Both the position numbers and the translations under genes were made by a program. Of a stretch of DNA of 64,000 bases, positions 48,864 to 60,498 are shown one piece after another; position 1 is the first letter of the stretch; every line of letters begins with the position of its first letter. The notes below the pieces were generated by a model, which worked only from the letters and a program-made list of their open reading frames with translations, ran no database searches and was not told the origin of the DNA. The DNA is from an uncultured Gammaproteobacteria bacterium. Lineage in GTDB: Bacteria; Pseudomonadota; Gammaproteobacteria; Enterobacterales; Succinivibrionaceae. Location of the stretch: positions 573 to 64,572 of the forward strand of contig OMZC01000107.1 of assembly GCA_900315395.1 (NCBI GenBank). Reading direction: 5' to 3'.

Positions 48864-50090
48864 CTAGCCACCGAAGTTATCGAATAAGATATTCTCATCT
48901 TCAACGCCTAATGAGTGAAGCATATCAACTGCTGACTTAGACATCATAGGAGGTCCGCACATGTAGTACTCAACATCCTCTGGGTTCTTATGATCTCTTA
49001 AGTACTGCTCATATAGAACATTAGCAATAAAACCTGTTAAACCAGTCCAATGATCTTCTGGCTGAGGATCTGACAGAGCTAAGTGCCATGTAAAGTTTGG
49101 ATGTTCCTTAGCTAACTGATCGAACTCATCAGCATAGAAAACTTCCTGTAATGAACGAGCACCGTACCAGAAAGAAATCTTACGCTTAGAGTTAAGTCTC
49201 TTTAACTGGTCGAAGATGTGTGAACGCATTGGAGCCATACCAGCACCACCACCAATGAATACCATTTCATTGTCGGTATCACGAGCAAAGAACTCGCCGA
49301 ATGGACCTGAAATAGTAACCTTGTCACCAGGCTTTAAGCTCCAAATATATGAAGACATAATTCCTGGAGGAGCTGATGGGTTGCTAAATGGAGGTGTAGC
49401 AATACGTACGTTTAACATGATCAAGCCTTTCTCACCTGGGTAGTTAGCCATTGAGTAAGCTCTGATAGTTGGAGTATCAACCTTTGATACTAACTTATCA
49501 AAACCAAAGTGCTTGAATGCGCCCATGTACTGTGGTTCGATATCGAAATCTGCATACTTAACAGTATGTGCAGGAGCTTCGATCTGAATATAACCACCAG
49601 CGCGGAATGGAACTTCCTCGCCCTCTGGAATACGCAGACGTAACTCTTTAATGAAGGTAGCAACGTTGTGGTTAGAAATAACCTCACATTCCCACTTCTT
49701 AACACCGAATACTGATGCAGGTAATTCAATCTGACAGTCATTTTTTACAGTAACCTGACAAGCTAAACGCCAGCCTTCTTTAATCTCCTTCTTAGTGAAG
49801 TGAGAATACTCGATAGGTAGAACGTTACCACCGCCTTCGGTTACCTTAACTTTACACTGACCGCAAGCACCACGACCACCACAAGCTGATGATACGAAGA
49901 TACCTTTTTCTGATAAGTCATTTAATAACTTACCGCCAGCAGGACAGGTTAAAGTCTTATCTGGATCGCCGTTAACACCAATCTTGATGTCACCTGACTG
50001 AACCAGGAATTTTCTAGCAATTAAGATCAGAGCTACCAGTACTACGACGATAGCGCAGAACATTGCAACACCGGCTAGAATAGTTTCCAT
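48864..50090 (-). CDS. nqrF: Na+-translocating NADH:quinone reductase subunit F
   Basis: N-terminal TM helix, 2Fe-2S ferredoxin motif ([10 protein letters not shown]) and an FAD/NADH-binding domain. Confidence 0.95.
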   Translation of the reverse strand: METILAGVAMFCAIVVVLVALILIARKFLVQSGDIKIGVNGDPDKTLTCPAGGKLLNDLSEKGIFVSSACGGRGACGQCKVKVTEGGGNVLPIEYSHFTKKEIKEGWRLACQVTVKNDCQIELPASVFGVKKWECEVISNHNVATFIKELRLRIPEGEEVPFRAGGYIQIEAPAHTVKYADFDIEPQYMGAFKHFGFDKLVSKVDTPTIRAYSMANYPGEKGLIMLNVRIATPPFSNPSAPPGIMSSYIWSLKPGDKVTISGPFGEFFARDTDNEMVFIGGGAGMAPMRSHIFDQLKRLNSKRKISFWYGARSLQEVFYADEFDQLAKEHPNFTWHLALSDPQPEDHWTGLTGFIANVLYEQYLRDHKNPEDVEYYMCGPPMMSKSAVDMLHSLGVEDENILFDNFGG

Positions 50091-50100
50091 CTATTCCCCC

Positions 50101-50700
50101 TTACAACTGAATACCAGAGAAGGACATGAAGGCAACAGCCATCAGACCTGCAGTGATAAAGGTTAAAGGTAAACCGCGTAAGCCAGCTGGAGCATTTGCA
50201 TACTTGAGCTTTTCGTTAATAGCTGCAAGGATGATGATAGCCAGTGCCCATGATGAGCCTGAACCTAATGCATAAACTACTGACTCGCCGAAGTTGTATT
50301 CACGCTGAACCATGAATGAAACACCAGCGAAGATAACGCAGTTAACAGTGATCAATGGAAGGAAAATACCTAAAGCTGCGTACAATGAAGGCACGTATTT
50401 ATCTAGGAATACTTCCAAGATCTGAACAAGAGCTGCAATCACACCAATATAAGTAATGAAACTTAAGAATGATAGATCTAAACCTGGTGCTAAAGCATCT
50501 GGTTTTAAGATGTAGGTGTTGATTAAGTTGTTAACAGGAACAGCTAAAACCTGAACCATGATAACAGCTGCGCCTAAACCTGCAGAGGTAGAAACTTTCT
50601 TTGACACAGCAAGGAAAGTACACATACCTAAGAAGAAGGCTAAAGCCATGTTCTCAATAAAAACACTCTTAATGAAGAGAGAAATATAATGCTCTAACAT
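50101..50700 (-). CDS. nqrE: Na+-NQR subunit E
   Basis: A 199-aa polytopic protein of the NqrE/RnfA family, in the correct operon position. Confidence 0.93.
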   Translation of the reverse strand: MLEHYISLFIKSVFIENMALAFFLGMCTFLAVSKKVSTSAGLGAAVIMVQVLAVPVNNLINTYILKPDALAPGLDLSFLSFITYIGVIAALVQILEVFLDKYVPSLYAALGIFLPLITVNCVIFAGVSFMVQREYNFGESVVYALGSGSSWALAIIILAAINEKLKYANAPAGLRGLPLTFITAGLMAVAFMSFSGIQL

Positions 50701-50702
50701 TA

Positions 50703-51362
50703 TTAGTAATCCTCCCTATGAGTATCGTATACGAGAGGCTCCTGTAAGTCCTTACGAATTGACTTAACACCCCAGATTAGTAAACCTAAGATGAAGAATG
50801 CGCATGGAGGCATTACAAGTAAGCCGCATGGTACGTACCAACCGCCGTTGTTTACAGTCTCAAATACGGTTAAACCAAACCAGGTACCTGAACCGAAGAT
50901 CTCACGGATAGATGCGACAACACATAAAACCAGAAGATAACCTAAACCATTTCCCAAGCCATCTAAGAATGATGGTAGTGGTTTTGATTTTAAGGCGAAA
51001 CCTTCAGTTCTACCCATAACGATACAGTTGGTGATAATCAAGCCAACGTAAACTGATAACTGCTTTGACAGATCGTAAGCAAAAGCTCTTAAGATCTGGT
51101 CAACGATGATTACCAATGAAGCAATAACAGTCATCTGAGCAATAATACGTACTGAGTTAGGGATGTAGTTACGTACGATAGAAATAGCTAAGTTAGCTAA
51201 AGCACATACGCAAGATACTGAAATACCCATAACAAAAGCAGTCTTCATGCTAGAGGTAACTGCTAAGGAAGAACAGATACCTAATACCTGAATCATTACA
51301 GGGTTATTTGCAATGATAGGAGTTAGGAATGTTTCCTTTAAGCTAGGACCCTTGTTACTCAT
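50703..51362 (-). CDS. nqrD: Na+-NQR subunit D
   Basis: A 219-aa polytopic protein of the NqrD/RnfE family, in the correct operon position. Confidence 0.93.
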   Translation of the reverse strand: MSNKGPSLKETFLTPIIANNPVMIQVLGICSSLAVTSSMKTAFVMGISVSCVCALANLAISIVRNYIPNSVRIIAQMTVIASLVIIVDQILRAFAYDLSKQLSVYVGLIITNCIVMGRTEGFALKSKPLPSFLDGLGNGLGYLLVLCVVASIREIFGSGTWFGLTVFETVNNGGWYVPCGLLVMPPCAFFILGLLIWGVKSIRKDLQEPLVYDTHREDY

Positions 51363-52146
51363 TTACAACGATCTCCCCTTTGCTAAGTTTCTCTAGGAAT
51401 GGCTTGTAAGCATCACCTAGCCAGTAAGCTGACAGATGATCAACACCGTTAGAGGTTAAGGTTGCACCTGACAGAGCATCGATGTCGAAATCTTTGTTCT
51501 GTGCATGTTTGGTGATATGGAACTTATACTCGCCATTCTCATCGGTTAACTTCTTGTTAACCCATAGAGCCTGCCAACGAGGATTGTCAATTTCACCACC
51601 TAAGCCTGGAGTTTCACCGTGTGAGTAGAAGGTAACACCTAAGATAGTGTTGCCATCAACTGGTGAAAGAGCTACGTAGCCATATACAGTTGACCATAGA
51701 GCCTGACCATAGAATGGTAGGATTACACGCTCAACTTTACCGTCATCGTTCTTTGCAAAATATACAGGCATTAACTTTGAACGAGTTAAGATACCAGCAA
51801 CATCCTTATCCTTAGGAATAGATACTGATGTCTCAGGTTTCTTAGCTAATGAAGCGAAGTTATAACCTTCAATTTCGTCTTTATTAACTTTGTCGTCAGC
51901 TAAAGCACCGGTATCAACATCGATTAGATGTGATTCAATGTGCTTGTTGAAAGTATCAGCAACTGAGCCTTTAACTTCAAAGCCAGAAACTTTCAGGATA
52001 CTTACCTGACGATCGTTAGCAACTGCTGCTGCCTTAAATGGATTTAAAGCAACTACTGCAGATGAAACTAACACAGAGCAAACTAAGCAGAAGGTAATAA
52101 TGATGACAAAAGTACCTAATGCGGAGTCTTTATTAAGCTTTGACAC
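51355..52146 (-). CDS. nqrC: Na+-NQR subunit C (GTG start)
   Basis: Single TM helix and the FMN attachment motif SGATLTS. Confidence 0.92.
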   Translation of the reverse strand: MSKLNKDSALGTFVIIITFCLVCSVLVSSAVVALNPFKAAAVANDRQVSILKVSGFEVKGSVADTFNKHIESHLIDVDTGALADDKVNKDEIEGYNFASLAKKPETSVSIPKDKDVAGILTRSKLMPVYFAKNDDGKVERVILPFYGQALWSTVYGYVALSPVDGNTILGVTFYSHGETPGLGGEIDNPRWQALWVNKKLTDENGEYKFHITKHAQNKDFDIDALSGATLTSNGVDHLSAYWLGDAYKPFLEKLSKGEIVVNE

Positions 52147-53383
52147 GGGCTAGTCTCCTCTTGATATTGCGCTGAGTTGCTAGGTAGTCGAATAGAGGAG
52201 CCCAGCAGTTAGCGAATAGAATTGCAAGCATCATGCCTTCTGGGTAAGCAGGATTTACGGTACGGATCAGAATTACCATTACGCCGATTAGAACGCCGAA
52301 TGCCCACTTACCTTTGTTAGTGAATGAGCTTGATACTGGATCTGTTGCCATAAATACGGTACCAAAAGCAAAGCCGCCTAAAACTGCGTGCCACTCAAAT
52401 GGCATGTTGAACATCTCATTGGTGGTTGAACCAATTGCGTTGAACAGAGTTGCAGTTAAGAAAGCACCTACTAAGATACCAACCATGATACGGAATGAAG
52501 CAACACCGGTAGCTAGGATAATTGCAGCACCAACTAAAATCATTAGAGTTGAGCCTTCACCAATTGATCCTGGAATGTTACCTACGAATGCGTCCATCCA
52601 GTTGATTGCGTTACCAGCAGCATCTTTTAGAGCCTCAGCACCGCCCTGTGACCACTGAGCCAGAGGAGTTGCGCCTGAGAAACCATCTACAGGAACCCAG
52701 CAGTTGGTACCTGAAATTGATGCAGGGTATGCGAAGAACAAGAATGCACGACCGCACAGTGCAGGGTTTACGAAGTTTCTGCCAGTACCACCGAATACTT
52801 CCTTACCGATAACAACACCGAAGGAAATACCTAAAGCAGCCTGCCATAATGGCATGGTTGGAGGTACAACTAATGCGAACACGATAGAGGTTACGAAGAA
52901 ACCTTCGTTAATCTCATGGTGACGGATTAAGCAGAATAAAACTTCCCAGAATGCACCAACAGCAAATACTACGATGTAGATTGGTAAGAAGTAAACTGCA
53001 CCAATTACCATCTTTGAGTAGATGCCTGCATCAGTACCTAAGCTTGCGCCTAAGATCTGAGCGATTGCATAATGCCAGTCAGCACTGAATAGGCTGTAGT
53101 TCTGAGAAACAACATCAGTTGCGTTTGACAATGTTGAGATTGCTAAAACAGTCTGATTACCAATGTTGTACCAGCCCCAGAACATTGCAGGGAAAACTGC
53201 TAACCATACGATGATCATGACTCTCTTTAAGTCAACGAAGTCACGTACGTGAGTCTTACCTGTAGTTACACGGCCTGAGCTGTATAAGAAAGTGAAAGTA
53301 CCCTCATATAAAGGATAGAACCATGATAATAGGCCACCCTTTGTAAAGAGTAGAGAGAACTTCTTTAAGACGTCTAATAACAC
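52133..53383 (-). CDS. nqrB: Na+-NQR subunit B (GTG start)
   Basis: Polytopic protein with FMN attachment motif GFSGATPL, of the NqrB/RnfD family. Confidence 0.93.
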   Translation of the reverse strand: MLLDVLKKFSLLFTKGGLLSWFYPLYEGTFTFLYSSGRVTTGKTHVRDFVDLKRVMIIVWLAVFPAMFWGWYNIGNQTVLAISTLSNATDVVSQNYSLFSADWHYAIAQILGASLGTDAGIYSKMVIGAVYFLPIYIVVFAVGAFWEVLFCLIRHHEINEGFFVTSIVFALVVPPTMPLWQAALGISFGVVIGKEVFGGTGRNFVNPALCGRAFLFFAYPASISGTNCWVPVDGFSGATPLAQWSQGGAEALKDAAGNAINWMDAFVGNIPGSIGEGSTLMILVGAAIILATGVASFRIMVGILVGAFLTATLFNAIGSTTNEMFNMPFEWHAVLGGFAFGTVFMATDPVSSSFTNKGKWAFGVLIGVMVILIRTVNPAYPEGMMLAILFANCWAPLFDYLATQRNIKRRLARVKA

Positions 53384-53386
53384 TTA

Positions 53387-54745
53387 TTAACCCTCCACTT
53401 CGATCTTAGTTAAGCTTCTGCGAAGCAGTGGACCGAAGTCGTTCTTGCCAGGGCAAACATAAGTAGCCAATGCAATATCTTCTTCAGAAAATTCTAAGAT
53501 ACCAAGTAGCTTAGCCTGATCGGTATCGTTAATATCGATAGCACGAACAAGCATAGTTGCTTCAACATCATATGGAGCTAATACTTTCTCGTAGCAACCA
53601 ATTGGCATGATTGAACGTGGACCGCCGTTTAAAGCAGTGTTGAAAGTATATGTGCTTGGATGAATAAAGTTTGCTAAGAAAGCTCTTGTAGCTGAATGGC
53701 GGTGAATACCTAAGCCCATCCAGTTCTTTAAGAAGAACTCGTTCTTGGTGCCTTCTTCTAACAGTGCAACGCCCTGATGATAACGACCTAAGTAAGCATA
53801 TGGACCTACAGCGGTGTTACCCCAAAGTACTGTACCAGAAATTACACGAACACCCTGTGAAGAAGCAACAATCTCGCCTTCTGTTAACTCTGCAACAGAA
53901 GCACCGATAATTGTCTTAACTAGACGAGGTTTCTTAGCCTGTGGACCTGCAAGAGAAATAACGCGAGTATTGTAGAACTCACCTTCTACGAACAGATGAC
54001 CAATTGCGATTACGTCCTGATAACCAATGTGCCATACAGTCTTGGTCTCTGAAACAGGATCAAGATGGTGGATATGAACGCCTGGTAAACCAGCTGGGTG
54101 ATGACCTGCGAAAGTCTCTTCCTGAACGTTAGGAGCAGTAACTGAAGGTAATGACTCTGCACCTTTGCAAACGTATACCTTGAAATCGCCGATGCGGCTT
54201 AACACCTTGATACCATTTGCAAAAGCTTCAGCTTCAGCATCAATGATAACCTTAGGGTCAGCAGCAAGAGGATTTGTATCAATTGCTGTTACAAAAATTG
54301 AATGAGGTAAAGTACCGATTGTAGGTACTTTGTCGAATGGGCGAGTGCGGAATGCTGTCCACATACCTGATTCAACTAACTCATCAATAACTTCTTTTGA
54401 GGACAGGCCTAACAACTTGTCAGCAGGAGTCTTTTTAAACTCTACGCTCTCACCGTTAGGATCTACTTCAATCACTAAAGACTGGAATGCACGACGCTCG
54501 CCTCTGTTGATAGCGACTACAGTACCAGCTGCTGGTGCTGTAAAACGTGTTCCAGGATTTTTCTTATCTTCAAAGAGAACCTGACCTTTCTTGACTTTCT
54601 GACCAGCTTCAACAGACATTGATGGACGCAGACCAACGTAGTCAGAGCCGATTAAGGCTACATGCTTAACGCTAGGGCTGTCGCTCACCGCCTGCTCAGG
54701 CTTGCCGCCAATAGGCAGATCCAATCCTTTTTTGATGTTAATCAT
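53387..54745 (-). CDS. nqrA: Na+-NQR subunit A
   Basis: MINIKKGLDLPIGG matches the canonical NqrA N-terminus. The track start at 54757 is a TTG extension. Confidence 0.93.
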   Translation of the reverse strand: MINIKKGLDLPIGGKPEQAVSDSPSVKHVALIGSDYVGLRPSMSVEAGQKVKKGQVLFEDKKNPGTRFTAPAAGTVVAINRGERRAFQSLVIEVDPNGESVEFKKTPADKLLGLSSKEVIDELVESGMWTAFRTRPFDKVPTIGTLPHSIFVTAIDTNPLAADPKVIIDAEAEAFANGIKVLSRIGDFKVYVCKGAESLPSVTAPNVQEETFAGHHPAGLPGVHIHHLDPVSETKTVWHIGYQDVIAIGHLFVEGEFYNTRVISLAGPQAKKPRLVKTIIGASVAELTEGEIVASSQGVRVISGTVLWGNTAVGPYAYLGRYHQGVALLEEGTKNEFFLKNWMGLGIHRHSATRAFLANFIHPSTYTFNTALNGGPRSIMPIGCYEKVLAPYDVEATMLVRAIDINDTDQAKLLGILEFSEEDIALATYVCPGKNDFGPLLRRSLTKIEVEG

Positions 54746-55199
54746 AGACGGTTCCAATAAAAAAATTAAGGAGCTAATCTCCTATAACCTACCTGACAAA
54801 TGCCATAGCAATTTGACTTCTTTTTTTCAAAAAAAGTCACAATTACTAAACAAACAGGTGTACGCATGAATTTTATCATTAAAAGGGGCTAATTGAAATT
54901 TTTGCACACAATAAAATTTAACAAAATCTAAAATGTTAGATAAAAATCTTAAATTGAAAAACAGTTGTGTAAATACGTTTACAAAAGTTTTACCTGTATT
55001 CTGAAATGTTAAGAATTGACGAAAATTGTAATGTTTGAAATAAAGAATTTTTGAGTAAAAAGACCGTTATAAATTTTCATTTTAGGTCAGTTTCGACTTA
55101 TAGCAAAAACGAGAAGTGGTGTTCTGAAAAATTCCTCAGACTTTAACTCAAAAGTATTTAGATCTTTTCTAATGATTTAGTCAGAGGAAACTGTGAAGT

Positions 55200-55385
55200 T
55201 TAATTTAATTTTGAATTTTGTAAGATTTTTTTCATAGAGATATAACCAGGATCTTTAGTTATATCTCTTAGTGTGCCTGTTTCTTTTCTTTCTTTATAGC
55301 GACGCTCAGCAGCATCTGCTCTTTTTAAGAAATTAGCTGCAGCTTCACCTGTCAGTGTAGGGATCTCTTTAATTGGTCTTGACAT
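55200..55385 (-). CDS. Small (61 aa) basic hypothetical protein
   Basis: An isolated ORF 122 nt downstream of ampG on the same strand. It has charged, helical-looking composition (AANFLKRADAAERRYKERKE). The SD is weak. Confidence 0.35.
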   Translation of the reverse strand: MSRPIKEIPTLTGEAAANFLKRADAAERRYKERKETGTLRDITKDPGYISMKKILQNSKLN

Positions 55386-55507
55386 ATTTCAGGTCTCTTA
55401 AATCGGCATTCTTAAATAATCATTTCAATTGCACATTTGTTCATTGTACACAGATACTCAAGAATATGCACGATGAGTAAATATATGCCTGTATTTTATC
55501 TTCCCCG

Positions 55508-56776
55508 TCAGTTAAAAGATTTAGCTTCTGCATTAAAAGGAGCTACTTTTAATAAGAGCAACATGCCAGGAATTGCTAAAACGGTACAAAAGATAAAGAA
55601 GTTCTCCCAGCCCATGAACTCTACTATATAACCAGTTGTAGCGTTACAGAAGGTACGAGGCACAGCACTTAATGAGGTTAAAAGCGCAAATTGAGTTGCA
55701 GCATAGGTCTTATTAGTTTGAGCTGATAAGAATGCAACAAAAGCAGAGGTACCTAAACCTGCACCAAGACACTCAGCGATGATCACAAAAGCTAATAAGA
55801 ATACAGAAGGAGCCGTATCAGAGCCAATGCCTTCATGGGCAAGAATTACAAAACCTAAGATTGTAATTAACTGACCAAAGCCAAAGTACCACAGTGCTTT
55901 GTTAATACCGGTCTTTAGCATGATGACACCACCTAGGATGCCACCTATGAGCATTGACCACAGCCCCGCGTTTTTTGCTACCAGTCCTATAGTTAATAGA
56001 TCATAGTGCAGATCGATATAAAAAGGAGTTGCTAGAGCTGTAGCCATTGAATCACCTAGTTTGTAGCAAAACACAAACAGGATGATTAAAAACATAGACT
56101 TTAGACCGCGTCTGTCTTTGAATTCACGGAAAGGCTCAATTATCGCCTGACGCAAATTTCTAGGAGCATTGATAGTCTCTGGCTCTTTTATAAAAAAGGT
56201 CACCAAAAGAGCTGGCAACATAAAAGCTGCAGTTATAAAAAAGACATCTGACCAGGATAAGAACTGAGCAATCACTAAAGAGAGACCACCTGGTACTAAA
56301 CTTGAAGCTCTTGAAGCTGTGATAAATAAAGAGGTACCAAGACCTAACTCTCTGTCAGTTAAGATCTCACGTCGGTAAGCATCAATTACGATATCCTGTG
56401 TAGCTGATGCAAATGACAAAATTACAGAAACAACAGCAATTACAGCCAGACTTGTTTTAGGAGAAAACTGACCTAGTAAAAAGATTGAAAAGAAGACTGC
56501 AATCTGGGAGATTAACATCCAACTGCGACGTCTTCCTAAATGAAAGAGATTGTACCTGTCAACAAGTGGAGACCACACAAATTTCCAGGTATAAGGGATC
56601 ATAATTAGAGAGAACAAACCGATTTCTTTTAGGTTTACTCCCTCTTTTCTTAAATATGCTCCTAATAAGGTTAAAACTACAAAAAGAGGCATTCCTGAGG
56701 CAAAGCCTAAAGATAGGCATAAAGCAATCTTTTTGGAAAAGATCTCTTTTAAAAGTTGATTCTTACTAGAAGACAT
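55508..56776 (-). CDS. ampG: AmpG family muropeptide MFS transporter
   Basis: Motifs GFASGMPL and FVWSPLVDRY...GRRRSWML, with the C-terminal half ending TQFALLTSLSAVPR. These align with E. coli AmpG. Confidence 0.85.
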   Translation of the reverse strand: MSSSKNQLLKEIFSKKIALCLSLGFASGMPLFVVLTLLGAYLRKEGVNLKEIGLFSLIMIPYTWKFVWSPLVDRYNLFHLGRRRSWMLISQIAVFFSIFLLGQFSPKTSLAVIAVVSVILSFASATQDIVIDAYRREILTDRELGLGTSLFITASRASSLVPGGLSLVIAQFLSWSDVFFITAAFMLPALLVTFFIKEPETINAPRNLRQAIIEPFREFKDRRGLKSMFLIILFVFCYKLGDSMATALATPFYIDLHYDLLTIGLVAKNAGLWSMLIGGILGGVIMLKTGINKALWYFGFGQLITILGFVILAHEGIGSDTAPSVFLLAFVIIAECLGAGLGTSAFVAFLSAQTNKTYAATQFALLTSLSAVPRTFCNATTGYIVEFMGWENFFIFCTVLAIPGMLLLLKVAPFNAEAKSFN

Positions 56777-56784
56777 ACTGTAGG

Positions 56785-57273
56785 TTAGTCTCTAAAATTC
56801 TCGTACTGTAGAGGCTGTTCGATCTTAGAACCTCTAACTAGAGCGATAGTAGCCTGAAGATCATCTCTCTTTTTGCCAGTTACTCTGATGATGTCATCAT
56901 TGATCTTTGCATCAACCTTTAACTTAGCATCTTTGATCTGCTTGATGATCTTTTTAGCAAGCTCTTTATCAATGCCTTCTTTAAAAGACACAACCTGAAT
57001 TGATTTCTTGCCTGAACGGGTGATCTCTTTAAACTCGGCTGCAGTAGCTTCGATGTTACGCTTAATTAACTTCTGTCTTAAGATATCATCCATCTGCTGG
57101 ATCTGGAATTCCTCATCAGCTTCAAGCTTTACTTCGTTTTTGGTCTTATCAAAATTATAAGAAGCCTCAACGCCTCTGAAGTCATAGCGGGTCTGAAGTT
57201 CACGGTTAGCATTATCAACTGCGTTTTGAACTTCATCTTTTTTTAATTTAGAAACAATGTCAAATGATGGCAT
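56785..57273 (-). CDS. yajQ: YajQ family nucleotide / cyclic-di-GMP-binding protein
   Basis: MPSFDIVSK...YDFRG, 162 aa, the UPF0234 signature. Confidence 0.9.
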   Translation of the reverse strand: MPSFDIVSKLKKDEVQNAVDNANRELQTRYDFRGVEASYNFDKTKNEVKLEADEEFQIQQMDDILRQKLIKRNIEATAAEFKEITRSGKKSIQVVSFKEGIDKELAKKIIKQIKDAKLKVDAKINDDIIRVTGKKRDDLQATIALVRGSKIEQPLQYENFRD

Positions 57274-57310
57274 AACTATCCTTTATTCTATTTGAACTAT
57301 TCTTAATGTA

Positions 57311-59200
57311 CTATTCGTCTTTGAGAATAGTCTGTACTAAGTTTTCAATACTATCGTTATCAAGAGCTTCGTCATGTAATAACTCATCTCTTGTGCCTTC
57401 AAGTATGAAGTGATCAGCAAAACCTTTTACTATAACTTTAGCTTTTGTCTTAGAGTTGTCTAAAGTTTCATTAAACTCTTCGACAACATCTAATATTTCC
57501 TGACCAATGCCACCATGAACTACACCTTCTTCTAGGGTAATAATGGTGTCATGGGTAGATGCTAATTTCTTTACAAGTTCAACATCCAATGGCTTTACAA
57601 AGCGCATATCAGCTAGAGTCAGGTTATATTTTTGAGCTACTGAGTAAACTCTCTTTGCAATTGAGCCAAAGGCACAGATTGCAATCTTTTTACCTTCTAA
57701 AAGTAATCTGCCCTTACCAATTTCAATGGTGTCATCTAATGACAGACCACTTACACTTGAGTTATCACTGGTTCTTTCATATCTTACAACACAAGGTTTG
57801 TTTAACTTATAACCTGTGTTGAGCATTAAGAACTGCTCTTTTAAGTCTGATGGGGTCATGATCACCAGGTTTGGTATGCAACGCATGAAAGCTATATCAA
57901 ACATACCCTGATGAGTAGGACCATCAGGACCTACAATACCACCTCTATCTACTGTCACTAATATTGGCAGATCTTGAATTGCCATATCATGGATTAAACC
58001 GTCATATGCTCTTTGCAAGAAGGTAGAATAGATAGAAACTACTGGATGTAAACCACCTGCAGCTAGTCCTGAAGCAAAGACAAAAGCATGCTGTTCAGCA
58101 ATACCTACATCATAGAATTGCTCAGGATATTGCTCTGAGAACTTTTGCATACCTGAACCTAATGGCATAGCTGGAGTTATACCAATAAGTTTCTTGTCAT
58201 TTTTAGCTCTTGCGCATAACCAAGAACCAAAGCCTTCAGAAAATGAGATTTGACCATGTTTGTCCTTATCAGTGATACCTAATTCTGGATCAAAGGATGG
58301 AACTCCATGGTATTTGGTAGGATCTTTTTCAGCTGGTTCATAGCCTTTACCTTTTTTGGTAACAACATGAACTAACTGCAATCCACCTATCTTTCTTACA
58401 TTCTGTAAGATTGAAACTAAGCCTGCAACATCATGACCGTCAACAGGTCCAATGTAATTAAAGCCTAACTCCTCAAAGAAGGTACCAGGCATGATCATGC
58501 CTTTTACGTGTTCTTGAGCTTTTTCTGCTAATTGCTTAATTGCAGGCAGACTTTGTAATACTTTTTTACCACCTTCTACGAATTTTACGTAGTAAGGGTT
58601 TGCAAGAATTGAAGCTAAGTATTGAGCAACAGAGCCTACGTTTTTAGAGATACTCATCTCGTTATCATTTAAGATAACGATTAAATCGATATCTTTAGTT
58701 GAACCAGCGCAGTTTAAAGCTTCATAGGCAGCACCACCTGAGAGTGCACCATCACCAATGACAGCAACTACTTTATTGTGAGTATCCAGATCTTTTTGAG
58801 CGACAGCTAAACCTAAGGCTGAACCTATAGAGGTTGAAGCATGTCCGGTGCTGATAAGATCATACTCAGTCTCTCCTCTCCAGATAAAAGCATGCAGACC
58901 ACCTTTCTGTCTGATCGTTCTTAGCTCATCTTTATGACCGGTTAAGATCTTATGAGGATATGACTGATGACCAACATCCCATACGATTTTGTCATCTGGG
59001 GTGTTAAACACATAATGAAGCGCAGTAGTAAGTTCAACTACAGCAAGTCCAGATGCTAAATGACCTGCTGTCTTACTGACTGAATCCACAAGATAAGAAC
59101 GTACCTCTTGGCAAACATTTGGCAATTCTTCAACTGGAAGATTGCGCAAATCTTTAGGTGAGTGGATCTTATCTAATAGTGGTGTAGAAATTTCTGTCAC
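57311..59200 (-). CDS. dxs: 1-deoxy-D-xylulose-5-phosphate synthase (GTG start)
   Basis: Motifs DVGHQSYPHKILTG and the TPP-binding GDGALSGG, in the ispA-dxs context. Confidence 0.95.
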   Translation of the reverse strand: MTEISTPLLDKIHSPKDLRNLPVEELPNVCQEVRSYLVDSVSKTAGHLASGLAVVELTTALHYVFNTPDDKIVWDVGHQSYPHKILTGHKDELRTIRQKGGLHAFIWRGETEYDLISTGHASTSIGSALGLAVAQKDLDTHNKVVAVIGDGALSGGAAYEALNCAGSTKDIDLIVILNDNEMSISKNVGSVAQYLASILANPYYVKFVEGGKKVLQSLPAIKQLAEKAQEHVKGMIMPGTFFEELGFNYIGPVDGHDVAGLVSILQNVRKIGGLQLVHVVTKKGKGYEPAEKDPTKYHGVPSFDPELGITDKDKHGQISFSEGFGSWLCARAKNDKKLIGITPAMPLGSGMQKFSEQYPEQFYDVGIAEQHAFVFASGLAAGGLHPVVSIYSTFLQRAYDGLIHDMAIQDLPILVTVDRGGIVGPDGPTHQGMFDIAFMRCIPNLVIMTPSDLKEQFLMLNTGYKLNKPCVVRYERTSDNSSVSGLSLDDTIEIGKGRLLLEGKKIAICAFGSIAKRVYSVAQKYNLTLADMRFVKPLDVELVKKLASTHDTIITLEEGVVHGGIGQEILDVVEEFNETLDNSKTKAKVIVKGFADHFILEGTRDELLHDEALDNDSIENLVQTILKDE

Positions 59201-59204
59201 GGAT

Positions 59205-60092
59205 TTAATGATCTCTATTTACTGCAAATAAGGCAAATTGCTCTAAAAGAGAAGTATCAATAGCCAGATCTTTTAATGAAGCGATAGCTTTTTGAGCACA
59301 CTCATGAGCGAACTCTTTAGCTTTATCGATACCTAATAGTGCAGGATATGTGCTCTTATCTAATGAAATATCAGAGCCCTGTGTTTTTCCCATCACAGCA
59401 GTATCGCCAATTACATCTAAGATATCATCCCAAACCTGGAAAGCAAGACCAGTCCACTTTGCGTACTCATCAAGTTTCTCTATTTGAGCATCAGTTGCAT
59501 TGTCAGCGCAAGCTGCTCCCATCAGGACAGCAGCTCTAATTAGAGCACCTGTTTTCTTTGAATGTAACAGACGTAGTTCATCAAAAGATAAGTGTTTACC
59601 TTCTGATGCCAAATCAATTGCCTGACCACCGCACATTCCTTGATAGCCAGCTTTTGTAGATAGTAATCTAGTTAATTTAGCTACAGCTCTATCTGAAAGA
59701 CCTGATTTTTCATCAGAGACAATTTCAAAAGCAAGTGTTTGCAAAGCATCACCTGCTAATAAAGCTACAGTTTGAGAAAACTTTACATGCACTGTGGCAT
59801 GACCACGACGTAATTTGTCGTTGTCCATTTCAGGCATGTCATCATGAATTAAAGAATATGCATGCACACATTCAATTGCAGCTGCTGCATAGTCAAGTTT
59901 TTCAATACTCTGACCTAAAGCTAGGCCTGTAGCATAAACAAGTAAAGGACGCGCTCTTTTACCACCTAAAAGCAGACCATAACGCATGGACTCTTTAAGC
60001 TCTGGTGCATCATCATCAAACTTGTTTATGTATGACTCCATGAATGAGTTAATTCTAGAAGCCACATCTTTTGCAAATTCTTTAAGTTCCAA
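59205..60092 (-). CDS. ispA: (2E,6E)-farnesyl diphosphate synthase (TTG start)
   Basis: Contains LIHDDMPEMDND and DDILD, the two Asp-rich prenyltransferase motifs. Confidence 0.92.
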   Translation of the reverse strand: MELKEFAKDVASRINSFMESYINKFDDDAPELKESMRYGLLLGGKRARPLLVYATGLALGQSIEKLDYAAAAIECVHAYSLIHDDMPEMDNDKLRRGHATVHVKFSQTVALLAGDALQTLAFEIVSDEKSGLSDRAVAKLTRLLSTKAGYQGMCGGQAIDLASEGKHLSFDELRLLHSKKTGALIRAAVLMGAACADNATDAQIEKLDEYAKWTGLAFQVWDDILDVIGDTAVMGKTQGSDISLDKSTYPALLGIDKAKEFAHECAQKAIASLKDLAIDTSLLEQFALFAVNRDH

Positions 60093-60172
60093 TTTATTCT
60101 CTTTACAAGATGTTAAATTCTAAATTCGTTTGCGTATCACTTTTAAGTAAAAAAACTATAAAGTCCTTTTAC

Positions 60173-60487
60173 TTAAAAAGGTAAATCGTCTGATTTAGAT
60201 GAGCTTTTAGCCTCAAGTTCATCTAAAGCATCATCAGTCGCACTATCTGGTAGTGCTTTATCTGATAATGCTTCATCAGATAAAGATTGCTGAGCCTTTT
60301 TACGGGCTACAGTAATCTTTTGTGAGAGTGAATCTAGCGATTTCTTACATGATACCGCCAGATCCATACCCTGACTGTAAACAGATATAGCCTCATCAAT
60401 AGAAAGATTACCTTCCTCTAATTTGGAGGTTAACTCTTCAAGTTGTTTTAAACGCTCTTCAAGAGATGTCATCTGTTTTGCAGCCAT
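60173..60487 (-). CDS. xseB: Exodeoxyribonuclease VII small subunit with an extended C-terminus
   Basis: MAAKQMTSLEERLKQLEELTSKLEEGNLSIDEAISVY is the typical XseB helix-hairpin. GAGGA lies 5 nt upstream of the ATG at 60487. At about 104 aa it is longer than the 80 aa of E. coli XseB. Confidence 0.88.
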   Translation of the reverse strand: MAAKQMTSLEERLKQLEELTSKLEEGNLSIDEAISVYSQGMDLAVSCKKSLDSLSQKITVARKKAQQSLSDEALSDKALPDSATDDALDELEAKSSSKSDDLPF

Positions 60488-60498
60488 TTTTATCCTCA

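Noticed and set aside
54861-54875. 10-nt match (TACGCATGAA) to the MITE terminal repeat in the nqr upstream region
   Set aside because: A single 10-mer match is not unlikely by chance in 2 x 64 kb. No inverted partner or target duplication is nearby.
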